A stretch of 64,000 nt of DNA from Diplonema japonicum (taxonomy: Eukaryota > Protista > Euglenozoa: Diplonemea): the NCBI GenBank assembly GCA_964019335.1, contig OZ025682.1, positions 310,001-374,000 on the forward strand, in the 5' to 3' direction. The position numbers and the translations under genes were made by a program. Numbering within the stretch: the first letter of the stretch is position 1; every line of letters begins with the position of its first letter. Below the pieces are notes generated by a model that was not told the origin of the DNA, did not search any database, and saw nothing but the letters and a program-made list of their open reading frames with translations. This document shows, piece by piece, positions 35,312-45,804 of this stretch.

Positions 35312-36589
35312 ATGCCACAGCGGTCTCCCGCACGAAGGAGAATACCTAAGAGGAGAGCGCCTGTGAGCCCCTCCTCGACATGCGAGGCTTGCCGAGCATA
35401 TTATAAAGAAGAGACACAGCTAGACATGGAACTTGTGGATGTTATGAGAAATTTTCCGGAGCAAATACATCGGCAAGAGGCACAGATCACCAAAATAAAG
35501 CAAACCTGCGACATGTGGGAGGAACAACCACATCCTGCGATTTCGCCGGATATTTTAAAACGACATATGGTTCGGAAGCAGGAGGTGTTGTCGTTGATGC
35601 ACGAAGGGTTGGAGGACGAAATGGTGTGCGCTGAACGGTGGAGAGGCTACCACATCAGAGCGCAAAACCATGCGAAAACAGTAGCGAACAGAACTAGACG
35701 TGGGTCTAACGTTCCGCACGGCAGCCCCAGGCTGTACTCTGACAACGCGGCGAAACAAAAAGAAAAATTAAAACGCAGACGCTCGCTTAAACTCAGCCAA
35801 GCCACAGAGGACAGCACACCCGCCTTCCTCACTAAACTACCAGACGGTACGGTAATCGACGAGTTCCGCGAAGCAGGCCAGTTCAAAAGATACTGGTTCC
35901 ATCAGACCCCGCAACATGAATTCGGATTAAACATTAAAATGGACAGAGTAAACATGGTGGACGCTGCAGAGGCATGTGCCAAGGGCATCAGAGCCAAGCA
36001 AGTGGAACGACTGCAAGCAGAGCATAACGTTTTAACTGCACAGCTTCGCGACGAAGTTGTTCGGATAAGATCGGAATCGCCGACCATCACCAACAGGAAC
36101 ACAAGAATTGTCAGACAGACTGCCAAGGAAAGCGTCGCAGCTAAGATGCTTCTCTACACGGAAAAGGAGGAGGAGGAGGAGGAGGATGAAGGTGATGATC
36201 CCACAATGCCGCCCACCCAGCCTGCTTCAAGAACACTTGGAGACGCTACTTTTTGGAATGCGGCGACGCGTGCCCAGGCGTTCCCTGACAAGCTGTCGAT
36301 CGCGTACCCACCTACGTCGAAGGAAGCGAAGCAGCAATGGTCGCCGGGGCCTGTTGCTATGTCGTCACCCGCGAGGCTGAACCGGCAGCAGCCTTTTTTG
36401 TCGCACAAGGAGTCCATTGTGCGTGAGCCTGCTTCGCCTGCTGTGACGTCGCCCGTCTCGTTCAAGTCCCCACAGACCACCACGGTGAGGAACACAACCC
36501 TCCCCCCCCATCCTCTTGCCGCCGCAGCACATCGATTGCAAAATGCTCAGATGCGTGCGATGAACCACGACATAGTCCCTGCATCGTGA
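35312..36589 (+). CDS. Hypothetical protein
   Basis: Long ORF with coding-like composition. ATG at 35312 follows an A-rich leader; the upstream part of the track ORF is homopolymer read-through. Confidence 0.7.
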   Translation: MPQRSPARRRIPKRRAPVSPSSTCEACRAYYKEETQLDMELVDVMRNFPEQIHRQEAQITKIKQTCDMWEEQPHPAISPDILKRHMVRKQEVLSLMHEGLEDEMVCAERWRGYHIRAQNHAKTVANRTRRGSNVPHGSPRLYSDNAAKQKEKLKRRRSLKLSQATEDSTPAFLTKLPDGTVIDEFREAGQFKRYWFHQTPQHEFGLNIKMDRVNMVDAAEACAKGIRAKQVERLQAEHNVLTAQLRDEVVRIRSESPTITNRNTRIVRQTAKESVAAKMLLYTEKEEEEEEDEGDDPTMPPTQPASRTLGDATFWNAATRAQAFPDKLSIAYPPTSKEAKQQWSPGPVAMSSPARLNRQQPFLSHKESIVREPASPAVTSPVSFKSPQTTTVRNTTLPPHPLAAAAHRLQNAQMRAMNHDIVPAS

Positions 36590-36724
36590 GGGAGTTCTTC
36601 CCCCCCCTACCCCCCCACCCCCTTTTTTTTCTCCATTGTATTGTATCCATTTAATTAAATTTTTTTTTCTCTTCTCTCTCCGTTCGACGGTTTTTAGGTA
36701 TAATAAAAGTTTTCTTTTTGAAAA

Positions 36725-37267
36725 ATGTCGCAGGTGTCGGCGGGTGGGAGCAGCTATTCAGAGACGTCTGCAAGGATACGCTTGCAAGAAAGGGAGCTCG
36801 AGAGGGAGCTGCTGCACCAAGCTGTACAATTGAAGCGAAGCGAAGAGGCCCTTGGCGACGCCATGCGGGGGAGTGGGTTTGAGGACAACCATAATAGCAG
36901 CGATTGCAATGTGGAGAGCGAACTGCTGGAGCTGGAAGCGTCTCTGGTGAAGGAACGGCAAAGACGGGGAAGCATCAGGGACTCGCATCGCAAGGCCCAC
37001 CATCAGAAGCTGAAAAACCTGGAGGCAATGGTGCGGAATAGCGTCGCCTCCCCAGCTTCTAATGCTTACAGCGAACCCACCGCGACCACTATGGAGAGCT
37101 GTGAGGAGAGCAGTCGAAAACCCAGCTTCACATCCAGACGACCTGTTGTAAGGAAGACCCGAGGCGTCCCAGAAGCGACAGGGTCATCTCTTGAGGGACG
37201 AGTGGAGAAGCTGGAAGAGGAAAACCAAAAACATCGCGACAGACAGTGCACCTGTTGTGTATTATAG
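36725..37267 (+). CDS. Hypothetical coiled-coil protein
   Basis: 180-aa ORF with E/L/R-rich heptads and AAAAATG start context. The 3' end is uncertain. Confidence 0.6.
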   Translation: MSQVSAGGSSYSETSARIRLQERELERELLHQAVQLKRSEEALGDAMRGSGFEDNHNSSDCNVESELLELEASLVKERQRRGSIRDSHRKAHHQKLKNLEAMVRNSVASPASNAYSEPTATTMESCEESSRKPSFTSRRPVVRKTRGVPEATGSSLEGRVEKLEEENQKHRDRQCTCCVL

Positions 37268-37462
37268 GAGCGAAACATGCATTGTGGAACATGTACATGA
37301 GGAACCCGATATTATTTTCTTTTTTTATTTACACATTTTTAAATCTTTTTTTTCTTTACGCTGTTCGCATCGCCTTACCAATGTACCATGAATCCCGTTT
37401 TGACAGGAAGAGAGGGGAGGTGGGAGGGCCAATAGAAGGGGAGGGGGCGGGGGCCCTGCAAC

Positions 37463-40400
37463 ATGTCGACCCCTCCCCGGCATGAGTCGTCGATATCCCC
37501 CACCACTACACTTCGCGATTTCCCTGCAATGACATTGGAAGGACTGCGGGGTGGGAGAGTGGCTGCCGGGATGATGTCGATAGGGAACATCAAGAGAGAA
37601 AAGGAAAAGGACATCGAGATGATGTTGGAGGAAAAGGAAGAACTCCTGGGGATACTGAGGGTTACGGTCGAGGGCAAGATGATTCATGACCCGGGGCTGG
37701 ACTTCAATACCAAAATGGGGTCAAACGTACCGCGACTAGGGATCGAGGTGGCGAGGAAACGCCCCTCAAATGTGTTAACTGTCTTCTTCACGATCGCATT
37801 GCTCGTGTTTATCGTCGAAACGACGTTTTTTCTCATCACACACGAGCCGCGGTGGACGTGTTCTTCCCTCTGCGGTGGGCCGTGCACCAGCAGGACCCTA
37901 GATGCATCGACAGCTCTCAGCAACTGCAACACATCTGAAATATTTTACAACCTCAACAATGGCACGTTCATTGTTTCCCAAGCTCGCTGCTACCAACACG
38001 GCATCACCGACACCCACTTTGGTTTCAGCACAACCCCTGATTGTTCCTCTATAAACACCTCTATTCCAGCTGCAAACGCGCTGATCCCCCTCTCCGGTAA
38101 AGGGAATCTCCCTTATGTCTACGCCTTTGATGCTCAACTCGATGCTTCGCTGCAACGTTGCACCCCGGAGGCTCAAACGGCATGCTTCTACAATCCCAAA
38201 ATTGCAGCATGGCAGGCGCTCACATGCGCTCCTATGATGCATCTCCCCCCTCAAGGGAATATGTCGCAATATCAGTATTTTGACCTGTCGAGGGTTGTGG
38301 ACGAGAGGGACTCGATTAGGCAGCAGGCGAGGCTTGCGTACGGGGACTGGGCGGAACGGACACAGGGCACAACGTGCACGACGGCGCAGGGCGTGAACCG
38401 TGGGCAGCCGATGCTCGGTTCGACATGGATGTCATGGGAGGTATCGAAGAGGTTCTCAGTGTGGACGAGGTACTTCGTTCTAACCGCACAGATAAAGAAC
38501 GACTACGTTAAAACCACTGAGGCAACACTGTCGGGGATAAACAGAACCGCCAGCTCCTCTCGATGGTCGACCCGCAATCAAATCATCGGAAGGACCATAC
38601 TAGAGGACACGGCAAGCCTCGCCATCGACGTCCTCATCACGTATATGGACGACAAGGTACCGGTGTATGAATCAAGCTTCACGTGGCCGTTAGAATGCAA
38701 TCCAGACGACGAGAGCTGCACTGGGTTCCCTCTAGTAGAGTTAAGAGACACTTCACAGACGTCTTCCTCTTATAACGGGAAAGAAGCCACCGTAACTGTA
38801 AATATCACAGCCCACGCAGATTTAGAACTCTCTTGGGAAGATGTCGAGATCTTCGCGTATTCCGTCAGTGCTCCGTACACTGTTATGGAAGTCACGGTGC
38901 GGTACATTCTGTGCTTGGTCACGGTGGGGTTTCTGTTCTGGTACGTTACACGAATCCGTATCCTCGGGTGGGGCAACCTCCTCCCTGAACAGGTTTGGGC
39001 CGCGCTTCTTATATTCACGATGATTCTCAACCTGAACCCGCTGTTCCTGGTGGTGCTCTTCGACAGGGATTTATCTACGGGGGTCGGGAAGCTAGGGTAC
39101 ATTTTTGAAAACGATTTGTCGTACTATGTGATATACGTGTTCGTGGCGTCGTACGTGGGGATGACGCAGTCGGCGAGGACAAAGGGAGAGACACGAGAGG
39201 TGGCACAGCTCATGTGCACGTGGGACCACAACGTTGCCCTGTCCCGACTATCGATCATCCTGAACACGGGTCTTCTCGTCCTGGCAGTCCTCGGTGTCAT
39301 AGGACGGTACAATGATGGATTTGACTACACAACTCGGAGGGAGTCCGGCTCTACTACGCTGCAGCACGACGGTGCAACATTAATGGCGGTGATCGCCTTC
39401 ACGTACTCCCTCTACGCCGTGTACAGGGCGAGGACGAAACTCCGAAACACACATTACAACTCGTCAAGGAGGAGACAGTTACTTCTGAGGGTTGTGCACT
39501 GGGTCACAACACCGGTTCTTCTCTCGCTCATCACCAGCTATGTTCTGGACACCTTCAGCGACCACATCACCGGGCAGTCCCATGACATCGTAATATCCAT
39601 CGAGGACACTGTGCTGCATCGCAGGTTGATGCCGAGTATTCTTATGTTTGCTTATGTCATCACGATCGGGTTTATCGTGGTGCCCACATCGCCAAGGGTG
39701 AGGCTTCCACACCCAAGCTGGAGGTCGTCGTGGATCGCACAGAAATGGACGCGGCCTATGCTGGAGCGCATCAGGGAGCATTGCAGCCCCTATTATTTCA
39801 CCTCGTTTGAAGAAGAACTGTGCTGGCTGAGCTACCAGAACATCGAGATCCAAGAGGACATCATGGTAGCAGCTGCGCTTGCGATCGTAACATGCGGCGG
39901 TGCTGAGAGTGAGAACAACGAGCCGTTCAACGAAAGCCCGACCGCCCACAATATTTCGGAAAATCTTCGCCAGCACCGGCAGATGTTCAAGGAACCCGTT
40001 ATCCACCCGTTTTCGCTGCAGCTGGCTGCGGAGATGGCGATATTATCCCAAGAGGTGTATTTCAACCCACCGCTGAAGGTCTTGTTGAAAACCTCCCGTC
40101 TCTTGCGGAAGGGTCCCACCCCGGGGTGTTGCGTCATGGCCGCCGCGGCAGTACTTCCAAGAACGCTGGTCGCGAGGACGTTCGCAAATGAAATCCTCGA
40201 GGAACCCGACCACGTTGACCACGTTCTGTTTAAATACCGACAAGACGTTGTGGATGAGTTCGAGAGTGAACAGGCACGGAGCATGGACAGTGTCAGCGAA
40301 GAACCACCCCCAATGAAAAGTCGGAAGCTCTCCGTCATGATCATGGAAGGCGATAAACCAAGGGAGGTCACAGTGGCCTACGAGTCGTCACCCGCTGAGT

Positions 40401-41545
40401 CCGACGACGCTGACAGAGTGGAAATGTGCGATCTTAAAACAGAAGGGTCAACTGTCTCGTCGAAATCCACACCGCGGCGAATGTCAATGCACGTGCCCCC
40501 GATACTGCGTGCGGGGATACGGAAGTGGCTTGGCAACGTGAAGGACACCGTAGCGGCGTGTCACGATGAGTACCGATTTGAAGCGAACTCCAAAGGCTGG
40601 GCGCAGAACATTTCGAGATCCTTCATGGACCTGAACTCATTTGGATGGTCGCTTGGGTATCTTCTGGACAGGAGGGACAACCGTGTCATGATTTGCACGA
40701 AGAATATCTCGGAAGACGACTCCCGCGTGCCTGATTACGACCCGGACTCCGAGACGCAACAATACTGCCCGAGAACACCGCGAGTAGGGGGAACGAAAAG
40801 AAAGGCACACACCGTCAGACAATCGGTCGATTTCAAGATCATCTCAATCGTGTTTAGAGGGACAAGAAACACAAGCAATGTTAAGACCGATTTGTCGATA
40901 CATAGAGAAATCTACGAGGAGATGGCAAACAGGGTGGATGAGGTCAAGTGGTACCAGGAGAACCCCTGCGTCCACAGCGGGTTTGCAAAAACATGGATGA
41001 TGCTGAAAGACGACGTCATGAACGCTTTGGAGAAGGAAATGAACAAGGCGAGCGATGCCAACATCCGTGTGGTGTGTACAGGACATTCTCTTGGCGGTGC
41101 CTTAGCCGTCCTCGCGTCTTACAGCATCCGTAAGGAATACCCGAATCTGTGGGTTTCCCTGTACAACTATGGGACGCCCCGTGTCGGGAATACTACTTTC
41201 TGTCACATGTTCAACAAGCATGTTCCTGATTGCTACAGAATGACACACCCGGCTGATCCTGTTCCTGAACATCCTCCAAAATGTAGTTTCGGGGTGTTGC
41301 CTGCTCGGTACAACCATCCCACCAATGAGGTGCGTGTCGATACCTCTGGGAACATTATGATCAACCCCACAAACGTTGAGAGCCTGTTGTTGGACTCCTT
41401 CCCGTTCTCTCTCTTCGAGCTTTTCGCCACCACGGAGACGATACGGTACGGGCACTCCATGAAGGCTTACAGGACGGCCATACAAAGAACGGCGAACTGG
41501 GCAGGGCACGACCATGGCCTGCAAGCGTCTCTCGACAGATCATAA
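37463..41545 (+). CDS. Multi-pass membrane protein: Cys-rich luminal domain, TMEM181/Wntless-like TM bundle, C-terminal lipase class 3
   Basis: YTVMEVTVRY...LLPEQVW...LNLNPLF resembles TMEM181. IVFRGT, VHSGF, CTGHSLGGALA, YNYGTPRVGN, DPVP and GHSMKAY form a lipase_3 Ser-Asp-His set. Confidence 0.85.
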   Translation: MSTPPRHESSISPTTTLRDFPAMTLEGLRGGRVAAGMMSIGNIKREKEKDIEMMLEEKEELLGILRVTVEGKMIHDPGLDFNTKMGSNVPRLGIEVARKRPSNVLTVFFTIALLVFIVETTFFLITHEPRWTCSSLCGGPCTSRTLDASTALSNCNTSEIFYNLNNGTFIVSQARCYQHGITDTHFGFSTTPDCSSINTSIPAANALIPLSGKGNLPYVYAFDAQLDASLQRCTPEAQTACFYNPKIAAWQALTCAPMMHLPPQGNMSQYQYFDLSRVVDERDSIRQQARLAYGDWAERTQGTTCTTAQGVNRGQPMLGSTWMSWEVSKRFSVWTRYFVLTAQIKNDYVKTTEATLSGINRTASSSRWSTRNQIIGRTILEDTASLAIDVLITYMDDKVPVYESSFTWPLECNPDDESCTGFPLVELRDTSQTSSSYNGKEATVTVNITAHADLELSWEDVEIFAYSVSAPYTVMEVTVRYILCLVTVGFLFWYVTRIRILGWGNLLPEQVWAALLIFTMILNLNPLFLVVLFDRDLSTGVGKLGYIFENDLSYYVIYVFVASYVGMTQSARTKGETREVAQLMCTWDHNVALSRLSIILNTGLLVLAVLGVIGRYNDGFDYTTRRESGSTTLQHDGATLMAVIAFTYSLYAVYRARTKLRNTHYNSSRRRQLLLRVVHWVTTPVLLSLITSYVLDTFSDHITGQSHDIVISIEDTVLHRRLMPSILMFAYVITIGFIVVPTSPRVRLPHPSWRSSWIAQKWTRPMLERIREHCSPYYFTSFEEELCWLSYQNIEIQEDIMVAAALAIVTCGGAESENNEPFNESPTAHNISENLRQHRQMFKEPVIHPFSLQLAAEMAILSQEVYFNPPLKVLLKTSRLLRKGPTPGCCVMAAAAVLPRTLVARTFANEILEEPDHVDHVLFKYRQDVVDEFESEQARSMDSVSEEPPPMKSRKLSVMIMEGDKPREVTVAYESSPAESDDADRVEMCDLKTEGSTVSSKSTPRRMSMHVPPILRAGIRKWLGNVKDTVAACHDEYRFEANSKGWAQNISRSFMDLNSFGWSLGYLLDRRDNRVMICTKNISEDDSRVPDYDPDSETQQYCPRTPRVGGTKRKAHTVRQSVDFKIISIVFRGTRNTSNVKTDLSIHREIYEEMANRVDEVKWYQENPCVHSGFAKTWMMLKDDVMNALEKEMNKASDANIRVVCTGHSLGGALAVLASYSIRKEYPNLWVSLYNYGTPRVGNTTFCHMFNKHVPDCYRMTHPADPVPEHPPKCSFGVLPARYNHPTNEVRVDTSGNIMINPTNVESLLLDSFPFSLFELFATTETIRYGHSMKAYRTAIQRTANWAGHDHGLQASLDRS

Positions 41546-41933
41546 AACGATTTTTTTTTCCTCTTTTTCCGTAAGGGTTGACATCCTTTTTTTTTTCTCT
41601 TTTTTTTGTGGCGAGGGAGTAGTGGAGAGGTGATGAGGTGGCGGGCTGCGCTGCGGTGCGGTAGAGGGGACATCCGTGTCGGCTACACGAAGAAGACGTT
41701 ACGATTGGTGTCGACAAGAACGCGATGAGAATCAAGCGGATCCTAGATGCACTGCAGGCGACATGGCAGAGGGAAAAAAGAGGCGCGCTTTTACGGCGCA
41801 GTCATGCAAGAAGGTGAGATCACTACGATACGGTGGGCGGTGGGTAGCAGAACGCCCCCAAAAGAGGGAGCATCGCAAGGTAGGCACGCCACTGCGGTGA
41901 GCGTTGCTAACCACTTCGTTTCCTTTCGTAGTG

Positions 41934-41966
<33 letters not shown>

Positions 41967-42692
41967 GAAAAACTAGTTCTCACATTTCTCCTGGGAGTGT
42001 GATGGACACGGAAGAAGAAGAAGAAAAAAAAAATAAAAATAAAAAATTAAAAAATAAAAAAAGACGAATGAATGTGGTTCTGGTCGTAAGGTTGCCACCT
42101 TATGGTTTAAAAAAAAAAAAAAAAAGCGGCTGTTTCTTTACTTTATTCTTGTGTATTTTTCTCGAAGGGGGGCGGAAAGAAAAACTTCCCCACCAGCTTC
42201 TGTTCCCCGCCATATATGATAAAAGTCGGTGTAAAGAGCCACACACGCACCTCTGCGTCTTTGCTGGTACGGGGTGCACATCGACCTTATCGGGTGGTCC
42301 CTCCTTCCCTATTCCTTCCTTTTCCCTCCAATCTCGATTTGTTCAGTTTTCTTTGGGCGAGACATTTTCTCTCCCTTACCTTCTTTTCATTTTGTTATGT
42401 CAATTACCCCCCCCCCCCCCCCCCCCCAAGTTGGTGGCTGTAAAGAAAGAATAGAAGAAAAAAAAAAGAAGGGAAAAGAAAAAAAAAAAGTAGGTAGAAC
42501 AATATAGTTAGTATCCTTTTCGTGATAGCAATTTTTTCTTGTCAGTATTGCGCACATATAAAAAAAAAAAAAAAAAGAATCCCCTCCCATCGCTTTTTTA
42601 AGAAAGATGGGCAACAATAAAAGTTTCTCTTTAAAAAAAAAAAGAAAATAAAAATGGGAATGAAGCCCCCCCCCCCCCCCCCTCTTCCTTTA

Positions 42693-42725
42693 TTTTGGCG
42701 ATCCTGCCACATACTGCAGGTCCCC
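42693..42725. repeat. Dispersed short repeat family A, copy 3
   Basis: ggcgatcctgccacatactgcaggtcccc. Confidence 0.7.
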
Positions 42726-42903
42726 AATGACACGTTTCTTTTTTTTTTTTGCCTTTTATACAGTCAAACACGCGTTGCCAGAGGGAGGGGGATAAACTAT
42801 TTTTGTATGGAAAAAGAATTCCCTTGTATTCATTTATTTCCCTGAAACAATGAGTAATCTACATGTGGACACTAATTGTGCGAATGAGAGGAGACATACG
42901 TAG

Positions 42904-42904
<1 letters not shown>

Positions 42905-42935
<31 letters not shown>
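42905..42935. repeat. (CA)n microsatellite
   Basis: About 15 CA units directly visible. Confidence 0.9.
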
Positions 42936-42938
<3 letters not shown>

Positions 42939-43065
42939 CGCTTTCTTACATTTGATGGGATCAAGAAGCCGCACGCCTAGAGGACGTAGGTGCACTTCTG
43001 CCTATTCTATATTCTTTTTTTCTCCCCTATCACCGCGTGTTGCCCCACCCAGGTTTTTATGTTAT

Positions 43066-44545
43066 TAAAGGGGGGGCCTGAATAATTCCCTCCCAAATAA
43101 TGTGTTTTTTCCCAAATAATTCTTTTTTTTTTTGGGGATTTTTCCACTCCAAATTTCCCAAATAATTCCCAACCCCCTTTCTTTTTTTTTTTTTGGGGAC
43201 CAGGGTGGGGGGGGTCACATGGTAGTCATGCAATGGGCTTTTCTCAGTTATGCCTGTGCAGGGTACTAGCCTACCTAACCCATTATGACACCCCTTTTTT
43301 GACCAAAAAGTCGATTTTCACCTGGTTTTGGGCACTTATGAGCAATTCCTTTGCATTTTGAACAGGGACCACAGGGTTTGGCATGTGGGGGACTATTTTT
43401 CTTAATGCAAGAAGCTAACTGGTTTGTGATGAACGGTTCAAAATTTCACAGAACCACTTAGTTCAAAGGCGCTTGTGGGTGGCCTGGGTGCTTCTGCATT
43501 GCCAGAAGGGCATGTGCATTCATGTGTTGACAACTTATCCAGTATTTGCTTTGTTTCATGGCCCACAATGTCAATATTCCATTCCTGAGCAAGATCCCAA
43601 AGTTGTGTCGTAGCCCACTGGCAGTATTGTGAGGCTGCTTACACAAGTAAGAGTGCTGGCCCAGTGAGCCATAGAAGATGAGAAATATTATAATATTATA
43701 GTGTGACATGATCAGACTGGAACGGCCACCTGGGGCATCCTCTGCTCAACCCAGCAGACGTGGGAGGCCCTTCTTCAGAAGGTGCCAGTTGCTTGATCAG
43801 TGCCATCATGCACGCTATATTTTATTAGTACAAATATAACAATCGATTGAAAAGGAAAAGTCTGTATTGTGAGGCTGCTTCTCACCATTTTGAGGGGTTA
43901 AGGGGGGCTGTGGCATGCCCCAAGCAGCCGAGGTGGGACGTTGATGACTGCAGCAGAGTGCCGAGTCAACGTGGCACTGTGGATAGGGCAAGCACATGAA
44001 AGGTCATGCAACTGCTCAACACCTTTAGCTATATGCAATCTCACGGCTACCTTCCAGGTAGTTCTGAGGAGGCCATACAGCTAAGGGCACTTAGCAAAGT
44101 TTAGACAGTGCAGCACAGAATGTTGTTGCAGGTGTTACAATGGACACTACACCTGATGAGACTCCAGCAGCCTCCCAAGCCCTTGCAGCTTCTCAAGCCC
44201 TGACAGTTTCTCAAGCCTCTCAGACCCCAGCAACCTCCCAGCAACCACCTAATGCCAAAACCAGGCAGTTTGTCTGCAACGTTTGTGGGTTCTCCACAGC
44301 CTGGGAGAAAAACTGTTAAAATTTCCCTTGGAAAAAAAAAGGGCATGAAAAAAGTCTTGGCACGATTTGGCATGTTAAGATTTCCAAAGTGCTCTAAGCC
44401 CTGCTCCCTGCTTTCCATGTGGCAGGCCCCCCAGCCCAAATAAATACAACCCAAATAAGTGTATTCCAAATAATTCTTTTTTTTTGGAGCCCTAACACCC
44501 CCCCTCCACTGCCCAAATAAAGGGATTATTCAGGGGGCCCCTTTA
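43066..44545. mobile_element. Non-autonomous TIR DNA transposon (~1.48 kb), possibly Kolobok-like
   Basis: Left taaagggggggcctgaataattccct and right agggattattcagggggccccttta form an imperfect ~25-bp inverted repeat, flanked by TTAT/TTAT (or TTAA/TTAT). (C)CCAAATAA repeats occur near both ends. Interior composition differs from host intergenic DNA. Confidence 0.75.
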
Positions 44546-44871
44546 TTATTATTTTTTTTTTTTTTTTGGGAACGGTGCTCTCCAAACCAAAGTCATGAGG
44601 ACGGCATCTGCAAGATAAGTCTGAAAACTAAGAGAGAATAAGGGGAACAACCACCACCTTCTCCCTGTAGAGCCAAGAAGATTGTACTGTACCCCTTTTC
44701 ATACGCATATCAAATTGTCCCCCCCCCCCCCCCCCCTCTCTTTGGCCCTTTCTTTTGGATAACCGTTTTAAAAACAATATTCTTGTTTTTTTTTTTTTTT
44801 AAATTCCAGTTGTTTCCCCCCTTCTTTTACGCATTATCTTTCAACCACGAATTGATCAGGGACGAGGGGAT

Positions 44872-45708
44872 ATGGGCAACCATGCTTCTTCAAGCTCGCA
44901 ACCCGGCTCGCCGAGCAGGTCGCCGACATCTACGGCACAACAGAAAAGGGAAAGAACAGCACCTTCCAAGTATTCGACACCTAGAGGGTTGTACAAAACA
45001 TGCCCTGTAGCCGATGGAGTGGTGGCAGCGGAGGTGATCGCCGGTCGGCTTGCAGAATGCGCCCCAGGGGAAGCTGAGGAAAGAGAAGGAACTGAGGAAT
45101 GCCCCATATGCTTTCTGTACTACAGCAGAGGTTTGAACACAAGCAAGTGTTGCGAAAAGGGACTGTGCACGGAGTGCTTTCTGCAGATTTGCGAAGAGGG
45201 CGTAACCCCTGGAAAGGTGTTAGGCACTCAATGTCCGTTTTGCAACCACAAACCCCTGCATGCGGTATTCCGTGGGGTACTCCCCCCTGAGGTCATCCGG
45301 GCCCGGTCTGAAGAACAACGGAAAATCGAAGATCACTTCAACAGCGTGCAAGCTAAGCTGCAGGAAGCCCAGACCATCTCCCCACCCATGCCGCCCACGA
45401 AAGGTCCTATTCTGTCGTTGAAGTACCCGCCTCACCGTGCGGGGCCTGTGTCTTCCCCTTCTATTCAGAATCTTTCACAGTGTATACATATGTGGGTGGA
45501 ACATCTTCATGCACAGAAACACGGGATGAAGGAGCAAGACGGTGCAAGCAGCGACGAAAATGAGGCCGCTAAAAAACAACGGACCCAAAAAAAAACCGAA
45601 GAAAACACGTCCGAATCGGTCGACCGTGCGCTGGACGACATCCTCGAGCTTGCAAAGGGGGCATCCAGCGTCACCGTCCCCGTGAAGAAAGAAATTACTG
45701 TTCCATAG
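44872..45708 (+). CDS. Sip5/GW2/DA2-type RING-like protein (putative E3 ligase), possible N-myristoylation
   Basis: GRLAEC...EECPICFLYYSRGLNTSKCCEKGLCTECFLQI...CPFCN; N-terminus MGNHAS. Confidence 0.8.
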   Translation: MGNHASSSSQPGSPSRSPTSTAQQKRERTAPSKYSTPRGLYKTCPVADGVVAAEVIAGRLAECAPGEAEEREGTEECPICFLYYSRGLNTSKCCEKGLCTECFLQICEEGVTPGKVLGTQCPFCNHKPLHAVFRGVLPPEVIRARSEEQRKIEDHFNSVQAKLQEAQTISPPMPPTKGPILSLKYPPHRAGPVSSPSIQNLSQCIHMWVEHLHAQKHGMKEQDGASSDENEAAKKQRTQKKTEENTSESVDRALDDILELAKGASSVTVPVKKEITVP

Positions 45709-45804
45709 AAAAACAAAAAAAAAAGAAAGAAAAATATTTTATTGGGGAAAAAAAAAAATTCAAAAAAAAAAAATGTCATCAAGGGGGGAAAAAAAAAAAG
45801 AAAA

